A DNA stretch of 61,710 nt, the filler included. It is 4 parts of 4 records of this genome, joined end to end, with 100 filler letters (N's around TTAATTAATTAA, not from the genome) between each part and the next. Parts side by side here need not be neighbours in the genome. Positions count along the whole stretch, not along the records: positions 12,742 to 28,488 come from SRR22947725_6781; positions 28,589 to 45,000 come from SRR22947725_6795; 2 more parts are not named here. One strand, 5' to 3'. Below the pieces are notes generated by a model. The model was not told where the DNA came from and did not search any database. It saw only the letters and a program-made list of their open reading frames with translations. The translations under genes and the position numbers were made by a program. Each line of letters opens with the position of its first letter. Within the stretch, counting starts at the first letter, position 1. This document shows positions 19,386-29,225 of this stretch, piece after piece.

Positions 19386-20981
19386 ATGATGAAGCCGGAT
19401 TTTTCTTTTAAAGAGTTTTTACAAAAGGTATGGATTCCGTTGAGTGCTTCAATGGGAACTTACCTTTTCCTGTTACTCGCCCAACCTCCAAGACAGTCAC
19501 CGGAGTGTGCCTATTTTTTCTTATTACCCGCGATTAGCTGGTTTTGCTTTAAACCAAAGTTAAAGACTGTTGCATTCAACTTTTTCTTAGCTGGATTACT
19601 TTATCATGTATCATTGGTCGGATGGATGAGGCATATTTCACTGGGTGGTTTATTGTCTGCATGCACTCTTCTTTCACTTTACTACCTTCCTTGGTTTTTA
19701 TTGGCTCGGATTCTTGTGCCGCGTGCAGCAACTGGAACCTTTAAGATTCGTTTGTTAATTCTTTTTATTCTGCCCTCTGCCTGGGTATCGATGGAATGGT
19801 TGAGGTGTCAATTTACTTTAGGTTTTCCTTGGTGTCCACTTTCAGTCACTCAATGGGAACGTCCAGTTTTATTGCAAACTGCTCAATGGCTGGGGTCTTG
19901 GGGAGTATCCTTCTTCCTCGTTCTTTTTAATTTGTGTCTCTATTCATATGTACATCATTTGTTGGTAAGGAGAAGGGAGTCAAGTGGAGGCATTTTGGGA
20001 AATATTTGCCCGGACTTTTATTTAGCAATAATCGTTTTTGTTTTCATGGTGAGTCCATTTTTTCTTTTTAAAAATCAAACGACGGGTGATAAGGTGGAAT
20101 TCCAGGTCGGTCTTTGCCAACCCTATTTGATGGAAAAATGGAAGGGCGGTAATGCGGGGATCCATAAGGATACCTTAAAAAGGCAGACCCGTTTTTTAGG
20201 ATTGATGAATCCGGACCTGATTGTCTGGCCAGAGGCTTCCACTCCTTATGCCTTGAATCAAGATTCTGCATGGGTGGAAGAACTGTCTAGCCAAACTCAA
20301 ACCCCCTTGCTTATTGGAGCAGTATGGAAGGGAGAGGATTCAATACACAATACAATATCAGAAGTTTTACCGGAAGCGGGAGTGCAAGATAATTGGTATG
20401 CGAAGAGAGTTTTAGTTCCATTTGGTGAGTATGTACCATTTCCATTTAAATGGATTCCTGGAGTAAGGAAATTAGTTGGACCGGTTGGAAGTTTTAAGGA
20501 GGGAGATGAGGTGAAAACCTTTTCCGTTCATTCAAAAAAGAATCAAGATTCGACATTCAAAATTGGCCCACTTATTTGTTACGAGGATATATTTCCCAGA
20601 TTGTGCAGGGAAACCGCACTCGAGGGTGTTGATCTCTTCTTTGTTACCACTAATGATGCATGGTTTGGTCGGGAGGGTTGCGCTGAGCAACATGCTGCTC
20701 ATTCTGTCTTGCGTGCGATCGAGACCCAAAGACCTTTTCTTCGTTGCGGTAATGCAGGCTGGTCGGGATGGATCGATTCTAATGGATACCAGCGCGAAGT
20801 ATTGAGGAATGAAGAAGGAAGTATCTATTTTGAAGGCGCGACCACACTTAGCATTACAATTAATCAGAATCAATTATCCACAGCATCTTTTTATGTCCGC
20901 TATGGCGATTGGTTTGCATATATGTGTCTATTTTTAACCCTTGCGTCCCTTCCTTTCGCTTTAAGAAAAAAACGAAATTAA
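19386..20981 (+). CDS. lnt: Apolipoprotein N-acyltransferase
   Basis: EWLR..GFPW, IVWPEAS, K..LVPFGEYVP, LICYEDIF and TNDAWFG (E-K-C triad). Confidence 0.96.
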   Translation: MMKPDFSFKEFLQKVWIPLSASMGTYLFLLLAQPPRQSPECAYFFLLPAISWFCFKPKLKTVAFNFFLAGLLYHVSLVGWMRHISLGGLLSACTLLSLYYLPWFLLARILVPRAATGTFKIRLLILFILPSAWVSMEWLRCQFTLGFPWCPLSVTQWERPVLLQTAQWLGSWGVSFFLVLFNLCLYSYVHHLLVRRRESSGGILGNICPDFYLAIIVFVFMVSPFFLFKNQTTGDKVEFQVGLCQPYLMEKWKGGNAGIHKDTLKRQTRFLGLMNPDLIVWPEASTPYALNQDSAWVEELSSQTQTPLLIGAVWKGEDSIHNTISEVLPEAGVQDNWYAKRVLVPFGEYVPFPFKWIPGVRKLVGPVGSFKEGDEVKTFSVHSKKNQDSTFKIGPLICYEDIFPRLCRETALEGVDLFFVTTNDAWFGREGCAEQHAAHSVLRAIETQRPFLRCGNAGWSGWIDSNGYQREVLRNEEGSIYFEGATTLSITINQNQLSTASFYVRYGDWFAYMCLFLTLASLPFALRKKRN

Positions 20982-21061
20982 CTTTTTAGGTTTGAAATTT
21001 TTTTACACTTGTTCATCTATTGTAAAGTCTAATGATGTTGTAATCTAACTACAAAATACAA

Positions 21062-21976
21062 ATGGAATCGAGTTCTATCAATTATGAATATTTAGTCGGG
21101 CAAATTCAGCGGAATTTACCCACTTTGCCGACCATTGTTAATGAATTGACCAATGTATTGCAAAATCCAGACGCCTCCACTTTTGCTGTTGAAGATGTAA
21201 TGACTGCTGATCAATCCATGACGATGAAAATTTTGCGAGTTGCAAACACTTCTTTTTATCGTGGGGGAAGAGAACGGGTAACCGATGCCAATGAGGCAAT
21301 TGGGACATTGGGCTTTGAAAAAATAAGAAATGTGGTACTGACCACCTCTGTGTTTAAGATGTTTTCTGGGCCATCCGCGGAGCAGAAGTTCTCCCTCGAG
21401 GGATTGTGGAAGCACTGTCTCGGCGTTGCATCAGCGTCAAGGTGCATTGCCAATTTTTTAGGTAAATCTTGGAGTGAAAGGGCATATACATGCGGATTAG
21501 TCCATGATATTGGAAAAGTGGCTCGATTCAAACTGGATGAAAGTGAAGAGACGGAGGACTTTATTACTGATTCGCAAACCTCTCTTGATAAAAAGATTAA
21601 TTTTTATAAATCTGAATTAATCAACCAATCACCCCGTCATGATTACCTTGGCTATTTGATATGCAAAAATTGGGGATTATCGTCTTTTGTGGAGGGGGTG
21701 GTAAGGTGGCACCATGAACCCCAACCCGAACGCCGACAGAAAGTAACTTCGGAAGATGCACACGAACTCATTGATGTGGTAATTCTTGCTAATTGGGCAG
21801 TGAACGATCAAAAATTTGGCTTTAGTGGACACGAAAGCCCAGATAAACCAACAGATGCTTTGCTTGCCCGTCTGAACTTAAATCCCGGTCAAACAGATCA
21901 TTTGTACAAAGATATACAAAACGAATTAAAAATGACGAAGGACTTCTGTGACCTTCTTGATAGCGGGGGCGTTTAA
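21062..21976 (+). CDS. Stand-alone HDOD-domain protein (copy 1)
   Basis: LPTLP, KILRVAN, AIGTLG, LWKHC, GLVHDIGK and RWHH motifs. Confidence 0.92.
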   Translation: MESSSINYEYLVGQIQRNLPTLPTIVNELTNVLQNPDASTFAVEDVMTADQSMTMKILRVANTSFYRGGRERVTDANEAIGTLGFEKIRNVVLTTSVFKMFSGPSAEQKFSLEGLWKHCLGVASASRCIANFLGKSWSERAYTCGLVHDIGKVARFKLDESEETEDFITDSQTSLDKKINFYKSELINQSPRHDYLGYLICKNWGLSSFVEGVVRWHHEPQPERRQKVTSEDAHELIDVVILANWAVNDQKFGFSGHESPDKPTDALLARLNLNPGQTDHLYKDIQNELKMTKDFCDLLDSGGV

Positions 21977-22030
21977 ATAAATTTTTCAATTTAGGTTGAT
22001 TCCTATATTTGAATTAATTAGCTTAACTTC

Positions 22031-22948
22031 GTGGGAGCGGAAAGTATTGGTGGTTTTATAGATTATAAGTCTATTGGTGAAGAGTTAAAAGATAACTTGC
22101 CTACACTTCCTACTGTCTTCGAATCTCTTTCTGACATGTTAAAAGATCCGAACTCTCCTACCCATTCTATTCAGGAGATAATGAAGTCTGATCAAACTTT
22201 AACGATGAAAGTCTTACGCGTGGCAAATAGCGTCCATTATCGGGGAGAAAGGGAAAGAGTAACCGATGTGGGAGAGGCGATTGGTACACTCGGGTTTGAT
22301 AAGATTCATATGGTTATTTTGACTGCATCTGTTTTTAAAGCATTTTCCTTTAAAAATGCAAAAGACTTAAATTACGATCCTGTAGAACTTTGGAAACACA
22401 GTTTAGGGGTAGCAGTTGCATCTTCTACCATTGCTGAGCTAACTAATCATTGTCAAAGGCAGCGGGCTTACAGTTGTGGATTAGTGCATGACATCGGAAA
22501 GGTTGCCCGTCTTCAATTACACCCAGAGTCTTTTTGCGAAGATGTGGGTGATGCAATTTACGAAGAAATTCCATTGATCGATGTGGAAAGAAAGAAAAAT
22601 TCCCCGACCCATGATCGAGTGGGGCAAATTGTTTGTAATGAATGGGGTTTAAACAGAGACGTGGAATCTGTTATCCGCTGGCATCATGAAACCGATATTG
22701 TTGAGCGCGGGACGGTAGGAGAAGACGATTTAAATAAGCTAATTGATGTGGTCTATGTTGGGAATTGGCTTTCTCATTCATTACATTTTGGATTTAGTGG
22801 TCATCGGTCTCACGGTAAACTTTCAGAGGAGATTATGGCTCGATTAAATTTAGATGAAGATCAACTCGATTATTTCAAACAGGAAACCAGAGAGAATTTT
22901 AAGGAATTCCGCAACTTCCTAAATTTGATCGAGCGTGCTTTTGGCTAG
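22031..22948 (+). CDS. Stand-alone HDOD-domain protein (copy 2)
   Basis: LPTLP, KVLRVAN, AIGTLG, LWKHS, GLVHDIGK and RWHH motifs. Confidence 0.92.
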   Translation: MGAESIGGFIDYKSIGEELKDNLPTLPTVFESLSDMLKDPNSPTHSIQEIMKSDQTLTMKVLRVANSVHYRGERERVTDVGEAIGTLGFDKIHMVILTASVFKAFSFKNAKDLNYDPVELWKHSLGVAVASSTIAELTNHCQRQRAYSCGLVHDIGKVARLQLHPESFCEDVGDAIYEEIPLIDVERKKNSPTHDRVGQIVCNEWGLNRDVESVIRWHHETDIVERGTVGEDDLNKLIDVVYVGNWLSHSLHFGFSGHRSHGKLSEEIMARLNLDEDQLDYFKQETRENFKEFRNFLNLIERAFG

Positions 22949-23050
22949 TTTTTTTCGTATATACTTGCCATTTTTGGTATAAAATCTCATTCGTATTATC
23001 TTCACACAAATTTTAGGTTATATTACCTTAAACTCAAACATTATCAGTCA

Positions 23051-24073
23051 ATGTCTATTAAAATTGGAATAAATGGTTTCGGTCGTATCGGCCGCTTAGT
23101 TTTTCGCGCTCTTGTCGATCAAGGTTTGCTAGGTAGCAAATTTGATGTTGTGGCAATCAATGACTTGGTTCCATCTGACAACCTTGCTTATTTATTAAAG
23201 TATGATTCCACTCAGGGGCGTTTTAATGGTACGGTTGATGCACCGACTGAAGACTCCTTGGTTGTTAATGGTCATACTATCAAATGCTTAGCGGTTCGAG
23301 AAGGGCCTGCTGCATTGCCATGGGCAGAACTTGGTGTTGATATCGTGATTGAATCGACTGGATTATTTGTGAGTAAAGATGCCGCCGAAGGTCATTTAAA
23401 AGCAGGGGCGAAAAAGGTAATCATTTCAGCACCCGCAAAAGGAGATGTGAGGACTATTGTTCTTGGAGTGAACGACGACGAGTTGAAAGAAGACGATGCG
23501 ATTGTATCCAATGCATCTTGCACCACCAACTGTTTGGCTCCGATGGTAAAAGTAGTTCTAGAAAATTTTGGGATTGTGGAAGGTTTAATGACCACAGTAC
23601 ATAGTTACACTGCGACACAAAAACCAGTAGATGGTCCGTCGATGAAAGATTGGAAGGGTGGAAGAGGTGCTGCAATAAATATTATTCCCTCCACGACTGG
23701 TGCCGCAAAGGCAGTCGGTTTAGTTCTTCCCGAAGTTCAAGGAAAGCTCTCCGGTATGGCATTTCGAGTACCCACTCCAACCGTTTCGGCAGTTGACTTA
23801 ACGGTTAAAACGGAGAAATCAACTTCTTACGAAGAGATTTGTCAAAAAATGAAGGAAGCTTCCGAAGGTCCTTTAGCCGGAATTCTTGAATACACCGGTG
23901 ATGAGGTGGTTTCTTCTGACTTTATTCATTGTCCCGCTTCATCTATTTACGATGCAGGTTCAGGAATGGGATTAAGTGACACATTTTTTAAACTTGTTTC
24001 TTGGTATGATAACGAGTGGGGCTACAGTAATCGTTGTGTCGATTTACTGAAGAAAGTAGCTAAGTTTGTCTAG
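23051..24073 (+). CDS. gap: Type I glyceraldehyde-3-phosphate dehydrogenase
   Basis: [20 protein letters not shown] and WYDNEWGYS motifs. Confidence 0.98.
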   Translation: MSIKIGINGFGRIGRLVFRALVDQGLLGSKFDVVAINDLVPSDNLAYLLKYDSTQGRFNGTVDAPTEDSLVVNGHTIKCLAVREGPAALPWAELGVDIVIESTGLFVSKDAAEGHLKAGAKKVIISAPAKGDVRTIVLGVNDDELKEDDAIVSNASCTTNCLAPMVKVVLENFGIVEGLMTTVHSYTATQKPVDGPSMKDWKGGRGAAINIIPSTTGAAKAVGLVLPEVQGKLSGMAFRVPTPTVSAVDLTVKTEKSTSYEEICQKMKEASEGPLAGILEYTGDEVVSSDFIHCPASSIYDAGSGMGLSDTFFKLVSWYDNEWGYSNRCVDLLKKVAKFV

Positions 24074-24098
24074 ACTTTAGAACTGCTTTTTTTGCCAA

Positions 24099-24119
24099 TA
24101 AGCGGAAAACTTCCGCTTA
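24099..24119 (+). terminator. Perfect 9-bp stem-loop between gap and pgk (possible weak terminator or mRNA stabiliser)
   Basis: TAAGCGGAA-AAC-TTCCGCTTA, with no strong U-tract after it. Confidence 0.45.
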
Positions 24120-24149
24120 ATTCCATTCCCATTCTGACAGTACTTTATT

Positions 24150-25349
24150 ATGAATGATGTAAAAAACATCGATGATGTAAACCTACAAGGTAAACGCGTT
24201 TTTGTACGAGTTGATTTTAATGTCCCCTTGGACGCGGATGGAAGTGTGACAGATGAAACCAGAATCAATGCCGCACTTCCGACCATTAGGAAATTACACG
24301 AGCAAGGTGCAAAGATTATACTTGCTAGTCATTTAGGACGTCCGAAGGGGCAACGTGTTAAATCGATGAGCCTCGCACCAGTTGCACCCATACTTTCTGA
24401 CAAGTTATCATTACCAGTCTTGTTTTTGAATGATTGTATTGGTAGTGATGTGGAAGAAGCCCTTCAAAATTTACAGGATGGCCAGATCGTGTTGTTAGAA
24501 AACCTTAGGTTTCATAAGGGTGAAACTGAAAATGATCCGACTTTTGCAAAAAGTCTTGCCGCACATGCTGATGCCTTTGTTAGTGATGCTTTTGGGACGG
24601 CCCATCGGGCACATGCTTCGACCTATGGAGTCGCAGAACTTTTACCCATTAAAGTATCAGGGTACCTGATTGCGAAAGAGCTTGAATTCCTTGGGCAAAA
24701 AACTGCTTCTCCCACTCGTCCATTCACGGTGATCTTGGGTGGGGCGAAAGTGAGTGATAAAATTATGGTAATCGATTCACTCTTGGACAAGGCAGATGTG
24801 ATCATTATAGGTGGCGCAATGGCTTACACCTTTGCATTGGCAAACGGTAAGAAGGTGGGTGAAAGTTTGAGTGAACCGGATAAAGTTGAATTAGCACGGT
24901 CCGCACTTACCAAAGCCAAGGAAAAAGGGGTTCGCTTCCTATTACCCATCGATACGCTTGGAACCAATGCATTAGACTTTGATGCAAAAACTTTGGGCGA
25001 GACTCAGGTTTTTGAAGGAGATATTGATGATGGTTGGGAAGGGGTAGACATTGGTCCTAAAACAGCCGAATTATATGTAAAAGAAGTAGGAGAGGCAAAA
25101 ACTGTCTTGTGGAATGGACCAATGGGTGTTTTTGAAATTCCGGAGTCCAGTAAAGGTACTTTTGCGATCGGAAAAGCAGTTGCAGAGGGAGATGCCATTT
25201 CAATAATTGGTGGTGGCGATTCGGTTAAGGCAATTAATCAAAGTGGTTACTCGGACCAAGTTACTTTTATGAGTACTGGTGGAGGTGCATCATTAGAATT
25301 TTTGGAAGGAAAATCTCTTCCCGGTGTCTCTGTTTTAGATCGTCGATAA
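24150..25349 (+). CDS. pgk: Phosphoglycerate kinase
   Basis: [29 protein letters not shown] and STGGGASLE motifs. Confidence 0.98.
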   Translation: MNDVKNIDDVNLQGKRVFVRVDFNVPLDADGSVTDETRINAALPTIRKLHEQGAKIILASHLGRPKGQRVKSMSLAPVAPILSDKLSLPVLFLNDCIGSDVEEALQNLQDGQIVLLENLRFHKGETENDPTFAKSLAAHADAFVSDAFGTAHRAHASTYGVAELLPIKVSGYLIAKELEFLGQKTASPTRPFTVILGGAKVSDKIMVIDSLLDKADVIIIGGAMAYTFALANGKKVGESLSEPDKVELARSALTKAKEKGVRFLLPIDTLGTNALDFDAKTLGETQVFEGDIDDGWEGVDIGPKTAELYVKEVGEAKTVLWNGPMGVFEIPESSKGTFAIGKAVAEGDAISIIGGGDSVKAINQSGYSDQVTFMSTGGGASLEFLEGKSLPGVSVLDRR

Positions 25350-25374
25350 TTATTAACTATAAGAAACTATTAAA

Positions 25375-26139
25375 ATGTCCCGTAAATTTCTCATCGCAGG
25401 TAATTGGAAAATGAATAAAACCGCTTCTGAAGCGGTTGATTTAATCGAAGAAATCAAGTCTTCAGTAGGCGATCAGACTTCTGTCCAGGTGTGTGTTTGT
25501 CCACCGTTTACCTCTCTCTCTCAGTCATCAGAGTCTGTCGAGAAGTCTGAAGTACTTCTTGGCGCTCAGGATATGAATGCCGCTCAATCTGGTGCATATA
25601 CTGGTGAGATTTCTGCCGAAATGCTTCGTGATTTATATGTTAGTTTTGTTATTCTTGGGCACAGCGAGAGAAGGCAGTTCTTTGGAGAGACTAATCAAAT
25701 TGTAAATCAAAAGATCCATGCTGCGATCGGAAATAATTTAAAACCGATTTATTGTATCGGAGAAACTTTAGATGAAAGAGAGGCGGGGAAAACTTTAGAC
25801 ATTGTCAGGACACAAGTAAGGGAGGGCTTAGAAAATTTTCCTACTCATTCCATTGAAAACTTAGTCATTGCTTATGAACCTATTTGGGCAATCGGGACGG
25901 GTAAAACTGCTACCGATAAGATGGCACAGGAAGTTCATGCAGAGATTCGAAAAGTTCTTGCTGAAATGTTCGGTGATACTTCGGCAGACAGTATCCGTAT
26001 TCTATACGGAGGTTCAATGAAACCTGAAAATGCGGCTGGTTTGCTTGCTCAGAAAGATGTGGATGGTGGTTTAATTGGTGGAGCTTCTTTAACTGCACGT
26101 GCTTTTGTGGGCATTATTGAAGCGGCTCAGTCTGCATAA
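25375..26139 (+). CDS. tpiA: Triosephosphate isomerase
   Basis: AGNWKM, GHSERR, AYEPIWAIGTG and LIGGASL motifs. Confidence 0.98.
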   Translation: MSRKFLIAGNWKMNKTASEAVDLIEEIKSSVGDQTSVQVCVCPPFTSLSQSSESVEKSEVLLGAQDMNAAQSGAYTGEISAEMLRDLYVSFVILGHSERRQFFGETNQIVNQKIHAAIGNNLKPIYCIGETLDEREAGKTLDIVRTQVREGLENFPTHSIENLVIAYEPIWAIGTGKTATDKMAQEVHAEIRKVLAEMFGDTSADSIRILYGGSMKPENAAGLLAQKDVDGGLIGGASLTARAFVGIIEAAQSA

Positions 26140-26163
26140 CAAGCATACGAACAAGCCAACAGA

Positions 26164-26655
26164 TCAAGTAGAGTTACTCTTTTTGTCCTGTAATTCCCGA
26201 ACAAGTTCTTCGGGGTGACTTTTTGCTTTTACCTTTAAATAGGTGCTTTCTACGGTCCCCGATTTGGTAATAAGAAATGAAACTCGGTGAATTCCTTCGA
26301 ATGTACGCCCCACAAATTTTTTTTCACCCCACACACCAAATAACTTGGCTATTTTATTCTGCTCATCAAGAAGTAAAGGAAAGGGTAATCGAAATTTTTG
26401 CCTGAAATTTTCATGCGTTATTCTACTCCCTCCCGAAATACCAAAGATTTTAATTTCCTTATTTTGAAAAAAGCAATAGTGATCGCGGAATCCACAAGCT
26501 TGTGCCGTACAACCGGGAGTGTTATCGCGAGGATAAAAATAAAGTAAGTATTTTTGGCCTAAAAGAATTTCTTTTGAAAAAGAATTTCCTTCTGAGTCGG
26601 TAGTAGAAAAATTGGGTACGGTATTAGCTTTTTGAAGAGGGGAAATCTGTTGCAT
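26164..26655 (-). CDS. bcp: BCP-type peroxiredoxin (cytoplasmic)
   Basis: LYFYPRDNTPGCTAQAC and FGVWGEKKF motifs. Confidence 0.9.
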   Translation of the reverse strand: MQQISPLQKANTVPNFSTTDSEGNSFSKEILLGQKYLLYFYPRDNTPGCTAQACGFRDHYCFFQNKEIKIFGISGGSRITHENFRQKFRLPFPLLLDEQNKIAKLFGVWGEKKFVGRTFEGIHRVSFLITKSGTVESTYLKVKAKSHPEELVRELQDKKSNST

Positions 26656-26660
26656 GTTAT

Positions 26661-26930
26661 TTACAATGCAAAGGTAGCGGTTTTTCCGACAAATTCAACC
26701 AAGGTGGATTCAATCTTTTCTTGGATCTCTTCCACTAACTTGACTCGTTTTTCTCGTTCGTCTCGAAAAGAAACTTTTACCATTTTATCTCGGTTCAGAA
26801 CGAGTTGGATTTCAAGGATGACATTTTGTGTTAATCCTTTTTTTCCAATTTTGACATCCACCTCTCTTACTTTTGCGGAGGACTTTAACAGTCTTCGTTC
26901 GCTTCCACTCTTGCTATTTTCTTCGGACAT
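26661..26930 (-). CDS. YhbY/CRM-domain RNA-binding protein
   Basis: VKIGKKGLT, MVKVSF and VGKT pattern; 89 aa. Confidence 0.75.
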   Translation of the reverse strand: MSEENSKSGSERRLLKSSAKVREVDVKIGKKGLTQNVILEIQLVLNRDKMVKVSFRDEREKRVKLVEEIQEKIESTLVEFVGKTATFAL

Positions 26931-27487
26931 TAATTTTGTTTGTTAATAAATTGCATTACATTACTGCTGTCTTCCGATGCAGTAACTAGCTCATTCTTAT
27001 AAATGAGTTTTCCTGATTTAGAAATAAGAAATGTCCATCGTTTGGGAGTCACTCCTCTTTCAAGTGTGAATTTATCACCTTTGAAGAAACGTTCAATTAT
27101 CCCTCCCTTGCTTATTGGCACATTAAAAAGCTTGGCAACTTTTCCTTGGGGATCCGAAAGAAGGGTGAATGGAAGTTTTTCGGCTTTCTTAAATAAGGAA
27201 AGGTTACTGGTTTGGTCTCCACTTATGCCAACAACCTCCACTTCCAATTTTTTCCATTTCTGAAAGTCATCTTTGTAGGAGCATGCCTGCTTGGTACACC
27301 CACCCGTCATCGCAGCAGGATAAAAATATAAAAGTATCTGCTTTTTAGCTAAGAAACTTTTGGAGTTCCAAGTTTCTCCTTTTGAATTAACGGCCTGAAA
27401 GTTTGGCACTACTTCATTAATCTCAATTCCTGGTAAGGAATTGGAAATTAAAAAAAGAGTAGAGAAAATGAGTACATGAATGTTCAT
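26930..27487 (-). CDS. BCP-like peroxiredoxin with putative signal peptide
   Basis: YFYPAAMTGGCTKQAC and FTLLSD motifs; hydrophobic N-terminus from ATG 27487 (MNIHVLIFSTLFLIS). Confidence 0.85.
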   Translation of the reverse strand: MNIHVLIFSTLFLISNSLPGIEINEVVPNFQAVNSKGETWNSKSFLAKKQILLYFYPAAMTGGCTKQACSYKDDFQKWKKLEVEVVGISGDQTSNLSLFKKAEKLPFTLLSDPQGKVAKLFNVPISKGGIIERFFKGDKFTLERGVTPKRWTFLISKSGKLIYKNELVTASEDSSNVMQFINKQN

Positions 27488-27536
27488 TCTTTTATTTTGC
27501 TCTTTAAGTTCCGCGAGAACAAGAATTCTTTTATTA

Positions 27537-28241
27537 TTACCAAGGAATTGGTTCGCCGTCCTCTCCAATGAAAATACCGGTTTTGTCATGGGGGAGTTTT
27601 TCCAGTGCATGGAGCATCATCGAAACTGCCTCCTCTACATGATACTTTGCCTCTTGTCCGCCCATTTCCGTTTTTACCCAACCCGGGCTTTGCGAAATCA
27701 CTCTTATATTGAACGGTTTAAGATCAATAGATGTCTGCCTGGTTAACATATTTAAAGCTGCTTTTGAACATTGATATGCAATCGCTCCTCCCAATTGAGT
27801 ATCCCCTCGTAAATGAATTGAGCCCAAACGTGAAGATAAATTAATAATTAAAGGTGAGGTTGAACGTTGGAGGCATGAAACTGCATTTCTGGTCACCAAA
27901 AGTGCACCCAGCAAATTGACTTTATAGACCTGCTCGACTGATGAACTTGTTACTTCTTCCAGTTTACTCCAGTCAATGATACCCGCATTATTAAAAAGCA
28001 GATCGATACATTTTTGGTTTCTTTCCAACTCATCAAAACAGGATTTTACGGACACCTCATCTTCCACATCTAAGGATAATATTTCAATTCTGCCTTTATA
28101 TTGCAGTTGCAATGATTGTAATTCATTTGCCCTATTTGTATCTCTGCAACAAGCGTAGATGAAATTTCCCTGCAATAGGTATTGCTTTGTCAATTCAAGC
28201 CCGATGCCACGGTTGGCTCCAGTTATTAAAATTCTTTTCAT
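27537..28241 (-). CDS. SDR family oxidoreductase (CsgA-like)
   Basis: TGANRGIG, NNAG, SSRLGSI, YQCSKAALNM and PGWVKTEMGG motifs. Confidence 0.9.
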   Translation of the reverse strand: MKRILITGANRGIGLELTKQYLLQGNFIYACCRDTNRANELQSLQLQYKGRIEILSLDVEDEVSVKSCFDELERNQKCIDLLFNNAGIIDWSKLEEVTSSSVEQVYKVNLLGALLVTRNAVSCLQRSTSPLIINLSSRLGSIHLRGDTQLGGAIAYQCSKAALNMLTRQTSIDLKPFNIRVISQSPGWVKTEMGGQEAKYHVEEAVSMMLHALEKLPHDKTGIFIGEDGEPIPW

Positions 28242-28338
28242 ATTTTTTTAATTCCTTTGAGAATATCCTAGATCAAGGTGTGGAGTAAGGATAGTGTAAT
28301 AGGGAGTTAGAAGTAATATTAAATAAACAAATTTGGCG

Positions 28339-28488
28339 ATGAAACAAAATCAATTAGGAAACTCCGATCTTTTGCTATCTGAAATTGGCCTTGGCACTTG
28401 GGCGATTGGTGGTGGTGATTGGGGGATGGGATGGGGCGAGCAAGACGAGCAAGATTCAATTTCCTGCATACTGGAAGCTTTGGAGCAA
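28339..28488 (+). CDS. Aldo/keto reductase, N-terminal fragment (cut by contig end)
   Basis: LGNSDLLLSEIGLGTWAIGG..WG. Confidence 0.85.
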
Positions 28489-28588
28489 NNNNNNNNNNNN
28501 NNNNNNNNNNNNNNNNNNNNNNNNNNNNNNNNTTAATTAATTAANNNNNNNNNNNNNNNNNNNNNNNNNNNNNNNNNNNNNNNNNNNN
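28489..28588. other. Artificial contig linker
   Basis: N44-TTAATTAATTAA-N44. Confidence 0.99.
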
Positions 28589-29225
28589 GAGTTTGTTATT
28601 TGTTTGTCGAAATGGGGCTCCACTTGGGTGGATAGGACTTTCAGATCACCCTCGAGCCGAAGCTGATGAGAGTTTACGCGATTTGAAAGATTCTGGGATT
28701 GTATACACCGCCATCGTATCAGGTGATCGTACTTCCGTTGTTGATACAGTCTCGAAAGGTTTGTCGGTAAGTGAAGCTTTTGGAGATTGTACTCCAGCCA
28801 TGAAGGTTGAGAGGGTTGATCAAATCCGAGCAAAAGGTTACAAGGTGGCTTTTGTTGGTGATGGAGTGAATGACGGACCGGCTTTAGCAAGTAGTGATAT
28901 AGGTATTGCTATGGGTGCCGCGGGGAGTGATGTTGCCGTTGAAAGTTCAACAATAGCTTTGATGAATAATGAATTGAATCGTCTGCCATTTTTAGTTGAA
29001 CTGTCTCGCAAGATGCGCCTTACTGTAATCCAAAATTTCTTATTAGGTGGGCTTTTTATTGTAGGCGGCATAAGCCTAGGGGCACTTGGTCTTTTATACC
29101 CAGTTTTGGCAGCGATTTTACAGGTTATAGGTGCTTTAGGAGTTGTCCTGAATAGTGCCCGCTTGATTAGGCAGGGTGAAGAGATTCAGGCATTTACTTC
29201 TTCGTTTGGAGGGAATCATGGTTGA
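28589..29225 (+). CDS. P1B-type (heavy-metal-like) P-type ATPase, C-terminal part (5' truncated)
   Basis: SGD, P..K, FVGDGVNDGPALA, GIAMGAAGSDVA, IQN and VVLNSARL motifs. Confidence 0.92.

Noticed and set aside
28537..28890. 117-aa minus-strand ORF running into Ns
   Set aside because: It is an antisense shadow of the P-type ATPase and is closed only by the linker.
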